A DNA stretch of 64,000 nt from Phycisphaerae bacterium (lineage in GTDB: Bacteria; Planctomycetota; Phycisphaerae; UBA1845; Fen-1342), in contig CAXXWX010000026.1 in the NCBI GenBank assembly GCA_963675745.2, positions 352,001 to 416,000 on the forward strand, read 5' to 3'. The notes below the pieces were generated by a model, which ran no database searches, had not been told where the DNA came from, and saw only the letters and a program-made list of their open reading frames with translations. The position numbers were made by a program, and so were the translations under genes. Below are positions 1-9,522 of this stretch, one piece after another; the first letter of the stretch is position 1, and every line of letters starts with the position of its first letter.

Positions 1-519
1 GTTCGGATGGGTCGCCTGAGCCTCGAGCAGTGCTACGCGTTTGAGCCGACGCCGGCGTCGTTTACGCCCGATCAGGCCAAACACGTGCTGGGCCTCGAAG
101 GCAACATGTGGACCGAGCACGCGCCGCCGTCGCGCGTGGATTGGCAGGTTTTTCCGCGCCTGTGCGCGCTGGCGGAGGTCGCCTGGTCGCCGGAGGCAAC
201 GCGCGACTGGGAGAACTTCCAGACCCGCCTGCAAACGCACTATCGCCGGTTGGATGCCCTGGGCGTAGCGTATTTCATTCCACAGCCGACTTGTCTACCC
301 GCTGAAACGGACTTCACGGACACCGTTGATGTTGTGCTTGAGAGCCCGGTGAACCACGGCTCACTGCGTTACACGGTTGACGGCAGCGAGCCGACCGACA
401 AGTCATCGATTTACGAGCGGCCGGTCAGCCTCAACAAGAGCGCAACCATAAAGGCCCGCGTGTTCCTCGAAGACGGCAGAGCCGGTCTCACCGGCGAGTG
501 GAGCTACAAGCGAAAATAG
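1..519 (+). CDS. GH20 beta-N-acetylhexosaminidase, C-terminal part with chitobiase/Fn3-associated domain (5'-truncated by window edge)
   Basis: GH20 C-terminal motifs VLGLEGNMWTEH and FPRLCALAEVAWS, then LRYTVDGSEPT; the frame is open from base 1. Confidence 0.9.
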   Translation, partial: VRMGRLSLEQCYAFEPTPASFTPDQAKHVLGLEGNMWTEHAPPSRVDWQVFPRLCALAEVAWSPEATRDWENFQTRLQTHYRRLDALGVAYFIPQPTCLPAETDFTDTVDVVLESPVNHGSLRYTVDGSEPTDKSSIYERPVSLNKSATIKARVFLEDGRAGLTGEWSYKRK

Positions 520-532
520 CGTCGTGTCGTCC

Positions 533-1630
533 TCAGAGGCGCTCGACGAGACGTTGGAGCTCATCTTCCCGCCGCACGATCGACTCGATCAGCTTGAACT
601 GCGTGCGGCAACGGTCGAGATTGTGGCCGGGCCGTGAGGTTTTGTAATACTCGTCTCCGTTCAAAAAATCGGTCAGGAAGCGCACGGCCTGTTCGAGCGT
701 GATCAGCTTGCCCGCGAAGACGAGATGGTCGCGCTCGACAGCGTTGAGCATATCGCCGGTTGCTTCGACATACCCGCGTACCAGCGCCTCAAACAGCGGC
801 ACCTGTAGCTCGACGCGCGACAGGTCGCGCTCGTCCTCATCTGTCGGACTGGTCATCGACCGCACCATGTCGCCGAAGTCGAACAACGACAACCCCGGCA
901 TGACCGTGTCGAGGTCGACCACGCAGAGCGGCTCAAGATTCGCCTCGTCGAACAGCAGGTTGCTGATCTTGGCGTCATTGTGGACAACGCGCTCGGGGAT
1001 CTCGCCGCCATCACGCAGGTTCAGCAGAACGCCGGCCAACCGCTGCCAGGCCTGGGCGGCTTTGATCTCGGGCTTCGCCTGCGCCGCGCGGTTGCGGCGA
1101 TCGGCGGAGAGCGCACGCTCGAAGGCCGCATAACGCAGCGGCGTGTTGTGAAAATCGGGGATCGTCTCATGCAACGGCGGGGCGGGCAGATCCGCCAGCA
1201 GATGCTGAAACTCGCCAAACGCCCGGCCGGCCTGGTAGGCCAGCTCCGGTGATCGCACGGCCTGGTGCGTCCGCGTCCGCTCGACAAACCGGCAAGCACG
1301 CCAGCACGCTCCCTCGTCGTCGCGCCAGAAGACACCGCCGTCGCATGTCGGGACGAGTGTCAGCGCACGGCGTCTGAGATCTGGCACGTTTTGCGCCTGG
1401 AGCTGCGCGGCCAGATATTCGGCGACGCGCTGAATGTTGGACATAACCAGCTCGGGCCGCGGGAAGACGCGTGTGTTGAGCTTTTGCAGCAAGTAGCGCC
1501 GGCAATCGCGGTCGTGCGCGACCGTGACAATGTGCGAGTCGTTGATGTGGCCGCCGGCCAGCGGTTCGGCCCTGACGAAGTCCCCTGCCAGGTCGAAGCG
1601 CGCGGCGACGGCGCGAATGTCGGGCGTCAT
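533..1630 (-). CDS. Aminoglycoside-phosphotransferase-family kinase, N-acetylhexosamine 1-kinase (NahK)-like
   Basis: GGHINDS, LLQKLN, ETIPDFHNT, HNDAKISN, VVDLDTVMPG, RFLTDFLNGDEYYK; ATG at 1630 overlaps the stop of the upstream gene. Confidence 0.85.
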   Translation of the reverse strand: MTPDIRAVAARFDLAGDFVRAEPLAGGHINDSHIVTVAHDRDCRRYLLQKLNTRVFPRPELVMSNIQRVAEYLAAQLQAQNVPDLRRRALTLVPTCDGGVFWRDDEGACWRACRFVERTRTHQAVRSPELAYQAGRAFGEFQHLLADLPAPPLHETIPDFHNTPLRYAAFERALSADRRNRAAQAKPEIKAAQAWQRLAGVLLNLRDGGEIPERVVHNDAKISNLLFDEANLEPLCVVDLDTVMPGLSLFDFGDMVRSMTSPTDEDERDLSRVELQVPLFEALVRGYVEATGDMLNAVERDHLVFAGKLITLEQAVRFLTDFLNGDEYYKTSRPGHNLDRCRTQFKLIESIVRREDELQRLVERL

Positions 1631-2523
1631 TGCGTCCCCCAGAGCGGTGCGGGGTAATCGCCGCGCTCGACAAGCTGCCGAATTATCTCGCTCACGTGTT
1701 GTGTGTCGCGCGGATGCGTCACACCACACCAGACGCTATTGCTGGCGAGCGTTTTGACGCGCGCACGCCCGTCGCGTACGCACTGCTCGATGGCGTGCGG
1801 CAGATAATACTCGGCGTCGGGCGCGCGGGCATTGTCCGCCAGAAAATCGCGGAATCCGCGTTCGAGTTGCTCAAAGACCGCGGGTGTGAAGCCCCACAGA
1901 TTCATGGAGACGCGCTGGTCGCCGTCGATCAACTCACTCTGCCCACCGGGCGCGCTGATGCGGCCCTTGTGTCCGTCGCGCTGGATGCCGACGACCTCCA
2001 CAATGTCGGTGAGCCACCCCTCCGGCGTCGCTCGGAGCATCGCGCGATTGACCGTCCCGGCCGGGGGCAGTGTGTCGCGCAGCGCGTATGTGACCAACCC
2101 ATACGTTGGCACGCCGCTCTCGCCGGTCAGACCGTCGAGAAAGCCGGCGATTGCCTTGAATGCACCGGCCCCATAGAAATCGTCCGCGTTGGCAACCGCA
2201 AGTGGCACGTTCACAACCGCTCGGACTGCCAGAACCGCGTGTCCGGTGCCCCAGGGTTTGGTCCGCCCCGGCGCGGCGTCACACTCTTGCAACGCATAAC
2301 TCACCGGCACGCAATCCGCGTAACGCCGGCCGATGCGCGCTTCAAATTCAGGTTGCATATCGGGCCGAATCACAAATACTACGCGGTCAAACCCGGCCTG
2401 TACGGCGTCATAGACTGAGTAATCCATCAGGGTTTCGGCGCACGGGCCGACGGCGGCGAGTTGCTTCAAGCCACCGAAGCGGCGTCCGAGGCCGGCGGCA
2501 AGAATCACCAATGCGCGACTCAT
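1627..2523 (-). CDS. Sugar-phosphate nucleotidyltransferase (NTP_transferase family)
   Basis: LVILAAGLGRRFGGLKQ, RTKPWGTGHAV, NADDFYG, VSMNLWGF, EYYLP; alternative start 2553. Confidence 0.88.
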   Translation of the reverse strand: MSRALVILAAGLGRRFGGLKQLAAVGPCAETLMDYSVYDAVQAGFDRVVFVIRPDMQPEFEARIGRRYADCVPVSYALQECDAAPGRTKPWGTGHAVLAVRAVVNVPLAVANADDFYGAGAFKAIAGFLDGLTGESGVPTYGLVTYALRDTLPPAGTVNRAMLRATPEGWLTDIVEVVGIQRDGHKGRISAPGGQSELIDGDQRVSMNLWGFTPAVFEQLERGFRDFLADNARAPDAEYYLPHAIEQCVRDGRARVKTLASNSVWCGVTHPRDTQHVSEIIRQLVERGDYPAPLWGTQ

Positions 2524-2664
2524 CTGGCTCTCCGTGATCGACGCGAACGGCATGACGACGTTTTCACGTGCGCGACCGGCGACGACGCCGCTCTCACGCT
2601 ATCATGTTAGCCGTCAATTCGCCGCAACGACACCAACGCGAAGCTTGTGCGAAAGGAGTCAGCC

Positions 2665-4047
2665 ATGAGTACAGAGCCGCCGCCCCAGGATTCACACGTG
2701 AACCTTGGTCGCCGGGAGTTCATCAAGCTGGGAGCCCTGGCCGGTGTTGGCGCGGCGGTGGGGCTTGGGGGCACGGGTGGCTGCGCGAGCCTGCGTCGGC
2801 GCGTCGGCACGGCCCCAGTGCAGCCGTTCGCTGCTGCGCCGCTGGAGCGCGTGCGCATCGGCTTCGTGGGTGTGGGCGGGATGGGCACACATCACGTACG
2901 GAACCTGCTCAAGATCGAGGGCGTCGAAATCAAGGCAGTGTGCGACATCCGCGCGGCACACGCCGAGCGCGCCCGCGACCTGGTCACCGAGGCCGGCCAA
3001 CCGCCGCCCACTTTGTACACGCAGGGCGAGCGCGATTTTGAACGACTCTGTGCGGAAGAAGACCTCGATCTCGTGTTCACCGCGACACCGTGGCGCTGGC
3101 ACGTGCCGGTCTGTGTGGCGGCAATGAAAAACGGTAAGCATGCGGCGACCGAGGTGCCCGCGGCGGTAACACTCGACGAGTGCTGGCAACTCGTCGAAAC
3201 CGCCGAACAGACACACAGGCACTGCGTGATGATGGAGAATTGCTGCTATGACCGGGCCGAGATGATGTGCCTGAACATGGTGCGCAAGGGGCTGCTCGGC
3301 GAGATTGTTCATGGCGAAGGCGGCTATCTGCACGACCTGCGCGGCGTGAAGTTCAGCAAAGGCGGCGAAGGCCTGTGGCGCCGCGAACACTCCACAAAAC
3401 GCAATGGCAACCTCTACCCGACGCACGGACTTGGTCCTGTCGCACAGTGCATGAACGTCAATCGTGGCGACCGCTTCGATTACCTGGTCTCGATGAGCGG
3501 CAAATCGCGCGGCCTGCAACTCTACCAGACAGAGCATTTGCCGAATGACGATCTTCGCCGCGATGAAAAATACGTGCTCGGCGACGTCAATCTGACGCTG
3601 ATTCGCACAATCAACGGCTGCACGATCTACCTGGTACACGACACGAATCTCCCGCGGCCTTACAGCCGGCTGCACATCGTTCAGGGCACGCAGGGCATTT
3701 TCGAGAAGTGGCCCGAGCGCGTTCACATCGAACGCCGCAGCCCGTCGCACGCCTGGGAGACACTCGACAAATACGCCGAGTTTGAGCATCCGCTGTGGAA
3801 AGCCGGCATCGAAAAAGCCGCCAGCGGTGGGCATGGTGGAATGGATTACCTCGAGGATTACCGTCTGATCGAGTGTCTCAAACGCGGCGAGCCAACGGAT
3901 ATGGACGTGTATGATGCGGCCGCATGGAGCTGTATCTGTGAACTGACCGAGCGGTCAGTCGCCAGGCGCAGTCGCCCGGTGGACGTGCCGGACTTTACAA
4001 GGGGACGCTGGCAGACGAAGCCACCGCTGGGCATCGTCGAAACGTAG
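2665..4047 (+). CDS. TAT-exported GH109 NAD-dependent alpha-N-acetylgalactosaminidase-like enzyme (Gfo/Idh/MocA fold)
   Basis: Twin-arginine GRREFIK; IGFVGVGGMG, ATPWRWH, HAATEVP, MMENCCY, GNLYPTHGLGP, GGHGGMD; SD AAGGAG upstream. Confidence 0.88.
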   Translation: MSTEPPPQDSHVNLGRREFIKLGALAGVGAAVGLGGTGGCASLRRRVGTAPVQPFAAAPLERVRIGFVGVGGMGTHHVRNLLKIEGVEIKAVCDIRAAHAERARDLVTEAGQPPPTLYTQGERDFERLCAEEDLDLVFTATPWRWHVPVCVAAMKNGKHAATEVPAAVTLDECWQLVETAEQTHRHCVMMENCCYDRAEMMCLNMVRKGLLGEIVHGEGGYLHDLRGVKFSKGGEGLWRREHSTKRNGNLYPTHGLGPVAQCMNVNRGDRFDYLVSMSGKSRGLQLYQTEHLPNDDLRRDEKYVLGDVNLTLIRTINGCTIYLVHDTNLPRPYSRLHIVQGTQGIFEKWPERVHIERRSPSHAWETLDKYAEFEHPLWKAGIEKAASGGHGGMDYLEDYRLIECLKRGEPTDMDVYDAAAWSCICELTERSVARRSRPVDVPDFTRGRWQTKPPLGIVET

Positions 4048-4084
4048 CGGCCGCGACGGAGTGAGCGGGTTGTGGGTGCGAGTA

Positions 4085-4285
4085 GGTGCGAGATGGGAAT
4101 CTCGCACCAGCGTTGCAAGGCGCTCGTGCGAGAATCCCTTCTCGCACGTCCTTCTGTGGGAATCCGTTCCCGCGAGCCGGGATGCGGGAGGGGATTCCCG
4201 CTGGCGTGGGTGCGAGATAGGAATCTCGCACCAGCGTGTCTGGGGGTGCGAGATGGGAATCTCGCACCAGCGTATCTCGCACCAG
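4085..4285. repeat. Cluster of palindromes GTGCGAGAT-RGGA-ATCTCGCAC and degenerate relatives
   Basis: Copies at 4085-4108, 4125-4148 (variant), 4209-4232, 4245-4268, plus GCGGGA..TCCCGC variants and half copies. Confidence 0.92.
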
Positions 4286-4298
4286 TGTTGTTCCGTCA

Positions 4299-4325
4299 CC
4301 CCACGGCAAGCCGTGGGGCACCCGC
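4299..4325. repeat. REP-like palindrome CCCCACGGCAAGCCGTGGGGCACCC
   Basis: Hairpin; inverted copy with one mismatch at 36123-36149. Confidence 0.8.
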
Positions 4326-4393
4326 GTAACCGTGGGGTACGCATACGACAGAGGGCGGCCATCACAGAAACTCGCCCATCCAGGAGACGCACA

Positions 4394-6454
4394 ATGCACC
4401 GATGTTCCACACAGCCATCTCACGTCGCGCTCAAGCACCTTGGCCTGGCTGCACTACTCATGCTGGTTGGTGGCCTGACCTTCGGCTGCGCCGCGCCGAC
4501 GGCGTCGCGTGGTGTCGAGACCGGTGGCCCACAGTCACCGGCAGACACGGCCGATGTCTCCACGACCACGCTGCCGCCCGGGGCTATCTGGCTTGAAACG
4601 TTGAACCTGGACGGCATTGAGCAATCCTGGGGCAGCCCGCGTGCCGGCCTCTCCGTGGATGGTCACCCGCTGGTCATCGCCGGACGCCTTTATCCGCATG
4701 GCGTCGGCACCCACGCGCACAGCGAACTGATCATTGATCTCAATGGAAGCGCCAAGGAGTTTCGCGCTGTGGCGGGCGTGGACGGTGAGGTGCGCGAGCT
4801 TGGTTCGGTGGTGTTTGTCGTGCGTGTCGACGGACAGGAGGTACAACGCACTCCCGTGCTGCGCGGCGCCGGCCCGTCGTCCACGGATATCACTGTCGAC
4901 CTGACCGATGCGCAGCGAATGACGCTGATCGTCGAAGACGCCGGCGACCACATCCATTATGACCACGCGGATTGGGCCGACGCGATGCTCGTCCTCTGCG
5001 AAGGAACCACCCAGATCCCGACGGCGTTCGTACCTGACCCGGGGCCGCCGCCGCGCATCGTGCGTGACATATCGCCGAAGCCGATGATTCACGCGCCGCG
5101 CATCACCGGCGCGACGCCCGGCCGCCCGTTTCTGTTTCGCATTCCGGCCACCGGCGCGCGGCCGCTACGCTTCGCGGCCGAGAACCTTCCGCGCGGCCTG
5201 CGGCTGGACGAGGAGACCGGGATCATCAGCGGCACACTCGAAACGGCCGGCGCCGTGGATGTCACGCTGACGGTCACCGGATTGCACGGCGTGACGTCGT
5301 CAACCCTGACGATCGTCGGCGGCGAGCACTGCCTGGCGCTTACGCCACCGATGGGGTGGAACTCATGGAACGTCTGGGGGACAGCCGTTGACGACGCCAA
5401 AGTACGGGCGGCGGCGGACTGGATGGTGCGAAGCGGGTTGGCCGCCCACGGATATCAGTACATCAACATCGATGACGCCTGGGAAGCCGAGCGCGACGCC
5501 GACGGGCGCATTCAATCCAACGAGAAGTTCCCCGATATGCGAGCGCTGGCCGACTACGTACACAGCAAGGGCCTCAAGCTGGGCATCTATTCGTCACCGG
5601 GCCCGAAGACCTGCGCCGGGTTCGCCGGCAGCTATGAGCACGAGTATCTCGACGCGGAGACCTATGCCGATTGGGGTATCGATCTGATCAAGTATGACTG
5701 GTGTTCCTACGGTGGAATCGCCCTGGACGATAGCGAGGCCGAGCTGCGCAAGCCGTACGAGTTGATGCGGGCGGCGTTGGACGCGTGTGGGCGCGACATC
5801 GTGTACAGCCTGTGCCAGTACGGCATGGGCCAGGTGTGGACTTGGGGGGCGGATGTCGGAGGGAATTACTGGCGAACGACGGGCGACATCACCGACACCT
5901 GGACCAGCCTGGCGCGGATCGGGTTTGGCCAGGCGGAGTTAGCCGAGTTCGCCGAACCAGGGCATTGGAACGACCCGGATATGCTGGTCGTCGGCATGGT
6001 CGGCTGGGGGCCGGATTTGCACGCCAGCCGGCTGACGCACAACGAGCAGGTGACGCACATCACGCTCTGGTCGCTGTTGGCCGCCCCGCTTCTGGTCGGG
6101 TGTGATCTCTCGCAGCTTGACGAGTTTACACTGGCGCTGCTGACGAACACGGAGGTGCTCGAAGTCAACCAGGACCCGCTCGGGCAACAGGCGCGCCGTG
6201 TCGCCGTTGACGACCAGCGCGAGGTTTGGATGCGCCCACTGGTCGACGGCACGCTGGCGGTCGGGCTGTTCAACCGCGGCCGCGGCGAGACGACGGTTGC
6301 GGCACGGTGGGAAGATCTCGGCTTGTCCGGGTCACAGCGCGTCCGGGACTTGTGGCAGCGGCGGGATGTGGGCGCGTATGAAGACGCGTACTCGACGCCG
6401 GTCTCCGGCCACGGGGCGGTCATGTTGAAGATTGGCGAGCCGGCCGGCGATTGA
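4394..6454 (+). CDS. Secreted GH27 alpha-galactosidase with NPCBM/NEW2 and putative Ig domains
   Basis: Signal/lipobox TFGC; NPCBM (GVGTHA, DHADWADA); TPPMGWNSWN, YINIDDAW, IKYDWC, WRTTGDI, WNDPDML; SD AGGAG. Confidence 0.92.
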   Translation: MHRCSTQPSHVALKHLGLAALLMLVGGLTFGCAAPTASRGVETGGPQSPADTADVSTTTLPPGAIWLETLNLDGIEQSWGSPRAGLSVDGHPLVIAGRLYPHGVGTHAHSELIIDLNGSAKEFRAVAGVDGEVRELGSVVFVVRVDGQEVQRTPVLRGAGPSSTDITVDLTDAQRMTLIVEDAGDHIHYDHADWADAMLVLCEGTTQIPTAFVPDPGPPPRIVRDISPKPMIHAPRITGATPGRPFLFRIPATGARPLRFAAENLPRGLRLDEETGIISGTLETAGAVDVTLTVTGLHGVTSSTLTIVGGEHCLALTPPMGWNSWNVWGTAVDDAKVRAAADWMVRSGLAAHGYQYINIDDAWEAERDADGRIQSNEKFPDMRALADYVHSKGLKLGIYSSPGPKTCAGFAGSYEHEYLDAETYADWGIDLIKYDWCSYGGIALDDSEAELRKPYELMRAALDACGRDIVYSLCQYGMGQVWTWGADVGGNYWRTTGDITDTWTSLARIGFGQAELAEFAEPGHWNDPDMLVVGMVGWGPDLHASRLTHNEQVTHITLWSLLAAPLLVGCDLSQLDEFTLALLTNTEVLEVNQDPLGQQARRVAVDDQREVWMRPLVDGTLAVGLFNRGRGETTVAARWEDLGLSGSQRVRDLWQRRDVGAYEDAYSTPVSGHGAVMLKIGEPAGD

Positions 6455-6465
6455 CCAGCCCACGA

Positions 6466-6712
6466 CAGCGCTCGTGTGCGAACGTGCTCGTGCGAGAATG
6501 CTCGTGCGAGAATCCTTTCTCGCACGTTCACCTGCGGGAATCCCTTCCCGCGTGGAGTGGAATCTCGCACCAGCGTTGCAGTGCGAGATAGGAATCTCGC
6601 ACAAGCGAGAAATGTGGGAAAGGACTCCCGCGAGGGTGGGTGCGAGATAGGAATCTCGCACAAGCGAGGTGCGAGATGGGTATCTCGCACCAGCTTGCTC
6701 GCACCAGCGTGG
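6466..6712. repeat. Second cluster of GTGCGAGAT-RGGA-ATCTCGCAC palindromes
   Basis: Copies at 6503-6526 (variant), 6581-6602, 6640-6661, 6668-6691, plus half copies; same family and orientation as 4085-4285. Confidence 0.92.
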
Positions 6713-6754
6713 GATCTACGGCCGGCGGGGCGCCGGCCGCTACGGCGATTCGGC

Positions 6755-8881
6755 TCACTCCTCGATCATGCCGAGTTGCCACATCAGAAACGTCCAGGTG
6801 TCGAGCTGACGATCGATGTACTTGCTCATCGGCTCGCCGGCACCATGGCCGGCCTTGGATTCGATCCAGAGCAAAACCGGGTTGCTCGATGATGTCGCCG
6901 ACTGAAGAAGGGCCGCCATCTTACGCGCGTGCATCGGGTCCACGCGTGAGTCACCGTCCGCGGTTCGGAAGTAGACGGCCGGATAGGCGGTGCCTGGTTT
7001 GACATTGTGATAGGGTGACCAGGCGCGCAACCACTGGAAATCCTCGGGCAGATCCGGGTCGCCGTACTCGGGGATCCATAGCCGGCCGATTTTCTTCTCG
7101 TGATAGCGCAGCATGTCGAGCAGAGGCACCAGGCAGACGACGGCCTTGAACAATTCCGGCCGCTGCACCATCACGGCGCCGACGAGCAACCCTCCGTTGC
7201 TGCCGCCACGCATCGCCAGCCGCTCGGGATTCGTATAGTTGTCCGCGATGAGCTTCTCGGCGGCGGCGGCAAAATCGTCGAATGTGTTCTGCTTGTTGCC
7301 AAGCCGGCCGGCGACGTGCCATTCCTTGCCGAATTCGCCGCCGCCGCGGATATTCGCCACCGCGAACACGCCGCCGCGATCAAACCACTCAAATGCGGCC
7401 CGATAGAAGAACGGCGTCTCTATGTGGTTGAAGCCGCCGTAACCATACAGCAGCGTCGGATTGCTGCCGTCGCGGACGAGTCCCTTCTTGTGTACGACGA
7501 ACATCGGGACGCGCGTGCCATCCTTGGAGTTAAACCAAACCTGCGTGGTCACGTATTCGTCCAGCGCAACGCCCACATCCAACTGATCTATGATCTCGAG
7601 CTCGCCTTTGCGAACGTTGTAGCGATAGTTGGTCGTTGGGTGGGCGAACGAGTCGAATTGAAAGAAGAGGTCGGCGTGCGTCGATCGGCCACTCAGACGG
7701 CTGACGGTCCCGAGCGTTGGCAACTCAACCTCGGACTCAAGCGTCCCATCCGGGTCGTAGATCAATAGCCGCGAGTGGGCGTTGTCCAGCACGTGTAACA
7801 CGAGCTTGCGCCCAACCACCAGCATTGCGCGGATGACATGCTTCTGCTCGGGTATCAGCTCACGCCAGTTGTCCGGCCCGGGATTATCCGCGTCGGTTAC
7901 CAGCACACGATAGCGCGGCGCCTGGTAGTCCGTGTGGATGTAGAGCTTATCGTCGAGCGTATCGCCGCTGAAACGCCCATCGAGCCCGGTTGCAACGGTC
8001 TCGAACCGCTCGTCGCCCATGCGGCGGATGTAGAAGTCGTTGGCGGTCCAGTCGCGTGAACTGCTTATGTACTGGTAACGATTGTCGGTGGTGCTGCCGA
8101 TATCGTTCCAGATCTCCTTGGCCAGATCCTCACCAAAAACCTTGGGATCATCCTCCCAGTTGGTCCCGAAACGGTGGTAGTAAACGTGCCGATAGAACTG
8201 CTCATCGCCCGCCGGCACACTGCCGACCTGGGGATAGCGCGTGTAATGAAAGCCGTGGCTGTCCGGATCCCAGGAGACGGAACAGGCGCGCGTGCGCGGG
8301 ATCTCGAGGGCGAGATCTGTCGCCGAGGCAACATCACGCAGGTGCAGCGTGCTCAGTTCGCTGCCGCCCTCGGATTTGCCGTAGACGACCAGTTTGCCGT
8401 TGGGTGACGGCACCCACCAATCCAAGGCGCTGGTTCCGTCCTTGCTGAACTTGTTGGGGTCGATGACGACCGTGGCTTCCTTGTCGAGTCCGTGCGGTCG
8501 CACGTATACGACGGCGTGGTTCTGATCGGCGCTACGGCGCGTGAAGAAGTACTTGGGACCTGAATCGCGGTCGCCATACATCGCCGGCGGCGTTGTCGAG
8601 GTCACGTAGTAGAGCTTTTCGAGCCTGGCTTTCAACGCCGCCCGCGTTACCGCAAACCGGTCCAACTGAGCGCGCGTCAGTGCGTTCTGTGCCTGGGTCC
8701 AGGCGATCACTTCGGGATCTTCCGAATCCTCGAGCCAGCGATACGGGTCTGGAATCTCGACGCCGTGCAGCACATCGACAACGTCGACCGTGCGCGTTGG
8801 TGGATATTCCAGCGGCTCGGCGCGCGCCGGGCCAGCGAGTGGGTTGAGTGCCAGTAATCCGATAGCGGCGAAACGAAGCAC
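6755..8881 (-). CDS. Secreted prolyl oligopeptidase (peptidase S9A)
   Basis: DPYRWLED, LLYGYGGF, GGSNGG nucleophile, DSRVDP, AGHG; GTG start with SD AAAGGAG and signal peptide. Confidence 0.95.
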   Translation of the reverse strand: MLRFAAIGLLALNPLAGPARAEPLEYPPTRTVDVVDVLHGVEIPDPYRWLEDSEDPEVIAWTQAQNALTRAQLDRFAVTRAALKARLEKLYYVTSTTPPAMYGDRDSGPKYFFTRRSADQNHAVVYVRPHGLDKEATVVIDPNKFSKDGTSALDWWVPSPNGKLVVYGKSEGGSELSTLHLRDVASATDLALEIPRTRACSVSWDPDSHGFHYTRYPQVGSVPAGDEQFYRHVYYHRFGTNWEDDPKVFGEDLAKEIWNDIGSTTDNRYQYISSSRDWTANDFYIRRMGDERFETVATGLDGRFSGDTLDDKLYIHTDYQAPRYRVLVTDADNPGPDNWRELIPEQKHVIRAMLVVGRKLVLHVLDNAHSRLLIYDPDGTLESEVELPTLGTVSRLSGRSTHADLFFQFDSFAHPTTNYRYNVRKGELEIIDQLDVGVALDEYVTTQVWFNSKDGTRVPMFVVHKKGLVRDGSNPTLLYGYGGFNHIETPFFYRAAFEWFDRGGVFAVANIRGGGEFGKEWHVAGRLGNKQNTFDDFAAAAEKLIADNYTNPERLAMRGGSNGGLLVGAVMVQRPELFKAVVCLVPLLDMLRYHEKKIGRLWIPEYGDPDLPEDFQWLRAWSPYHNVKPGTAYPAVYFRTADGDSRVDPMHARKMAALLQSATSSSNPVLLWIESKAGHGAGEPMSKYIDRQLDTWTFLMWQLGMIEE

Positions 8882-8994
8882 GTCCGATCTCCTTTATTCG
8901 CGACGAGCGCCGTGCCCATAGAAGACACGCGCGCACGACAGAGTATAGCAGCATGGCGCAGGTCGAGCGCAGCCGGACCTGCCGCCGCGCGCGA

Positions 8995-9522
8995 TCAGCT
9001 CGGTCTCAGGAATGGATATGCGGCGGGGCTTTCGCTTCCGAAATACGCCAGCACCGGACCTGCGAACCAGGCATCGATGTGCAAGCCGAATGTTCGCCGG
9101 CCGTGCAGGGCAGCCGTATCAAGATGACGGCGCGCGCGTGTGATCAGCGTCGCCGTCCCACGCGTGATGCCTCGGTGCCGCTGCAAGTGGGCTGCTGAAA
9201 CCTGGATAAGGCATTGCAGGGCGTGGCGGAGTGGGTGGGCGAGTGCGAAACAGCGCCAGATACCCTCCCACACCTCGTGCGCCTCCCACCAGTACGCATG
9301 GTTGTACAGATCAACGCCACGGCAGAACTGCGCGGCGTTGCGCCACCGGCCGGCTTCGAGCGCCTCGGCCTCGGCCGCACAGTCCACGGCGGACGCACCG
9401 TGCGAGTGTCCCGCCGGATCGAGCACAGGATGTGGGTTCACCCCCGGGACAAACCGATAGGCCGGCAGCGGTTGAGTGGTCAGACGCGGACATCGTGGAT
9501 CAGGCGGCAGCGGCTCAGTCAC
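8995..9522 (-). CDS. DUF309 domain protein
   Basis: GVDLYNHAYWWEAHEVWEGIW, LIQVSAA, N-terminal YRFVPG..PHP. Confidence 0.85.
   Translation of the reverse strand: MTEPLPPDPRCPRLTTQPLPAYRFVPGVNPHPVLDPAGHSHGASAVDCAAEAEALEAGRWRNAAQFCRGVDLYNHAYWWEAHEVWEGIWRCFALAHPLRHALQCLIQVSAAHLQRHRGITRGTATLITRARRHLDTAALHGRRTFGLHIDAWFAGPVLAYFGSESPAAYPFLRPS

Noticed and set aside
4085..4285. CRISPR array (also 6466-6712)
   Set aside because: Units are degenerate with irregular spacing, the intervening sequence is itself repeat-derived, and there are no cas genes.
4061..4393. Long N-terminal extensions in the ORF track (GH27 from 4061; also 27981, 35957, 57276, 33532, 40711, 16091)
   Set aside because: They run through repeats, IS ends or neighbouring genes; downstream starts have an SD and/or signal peptide.
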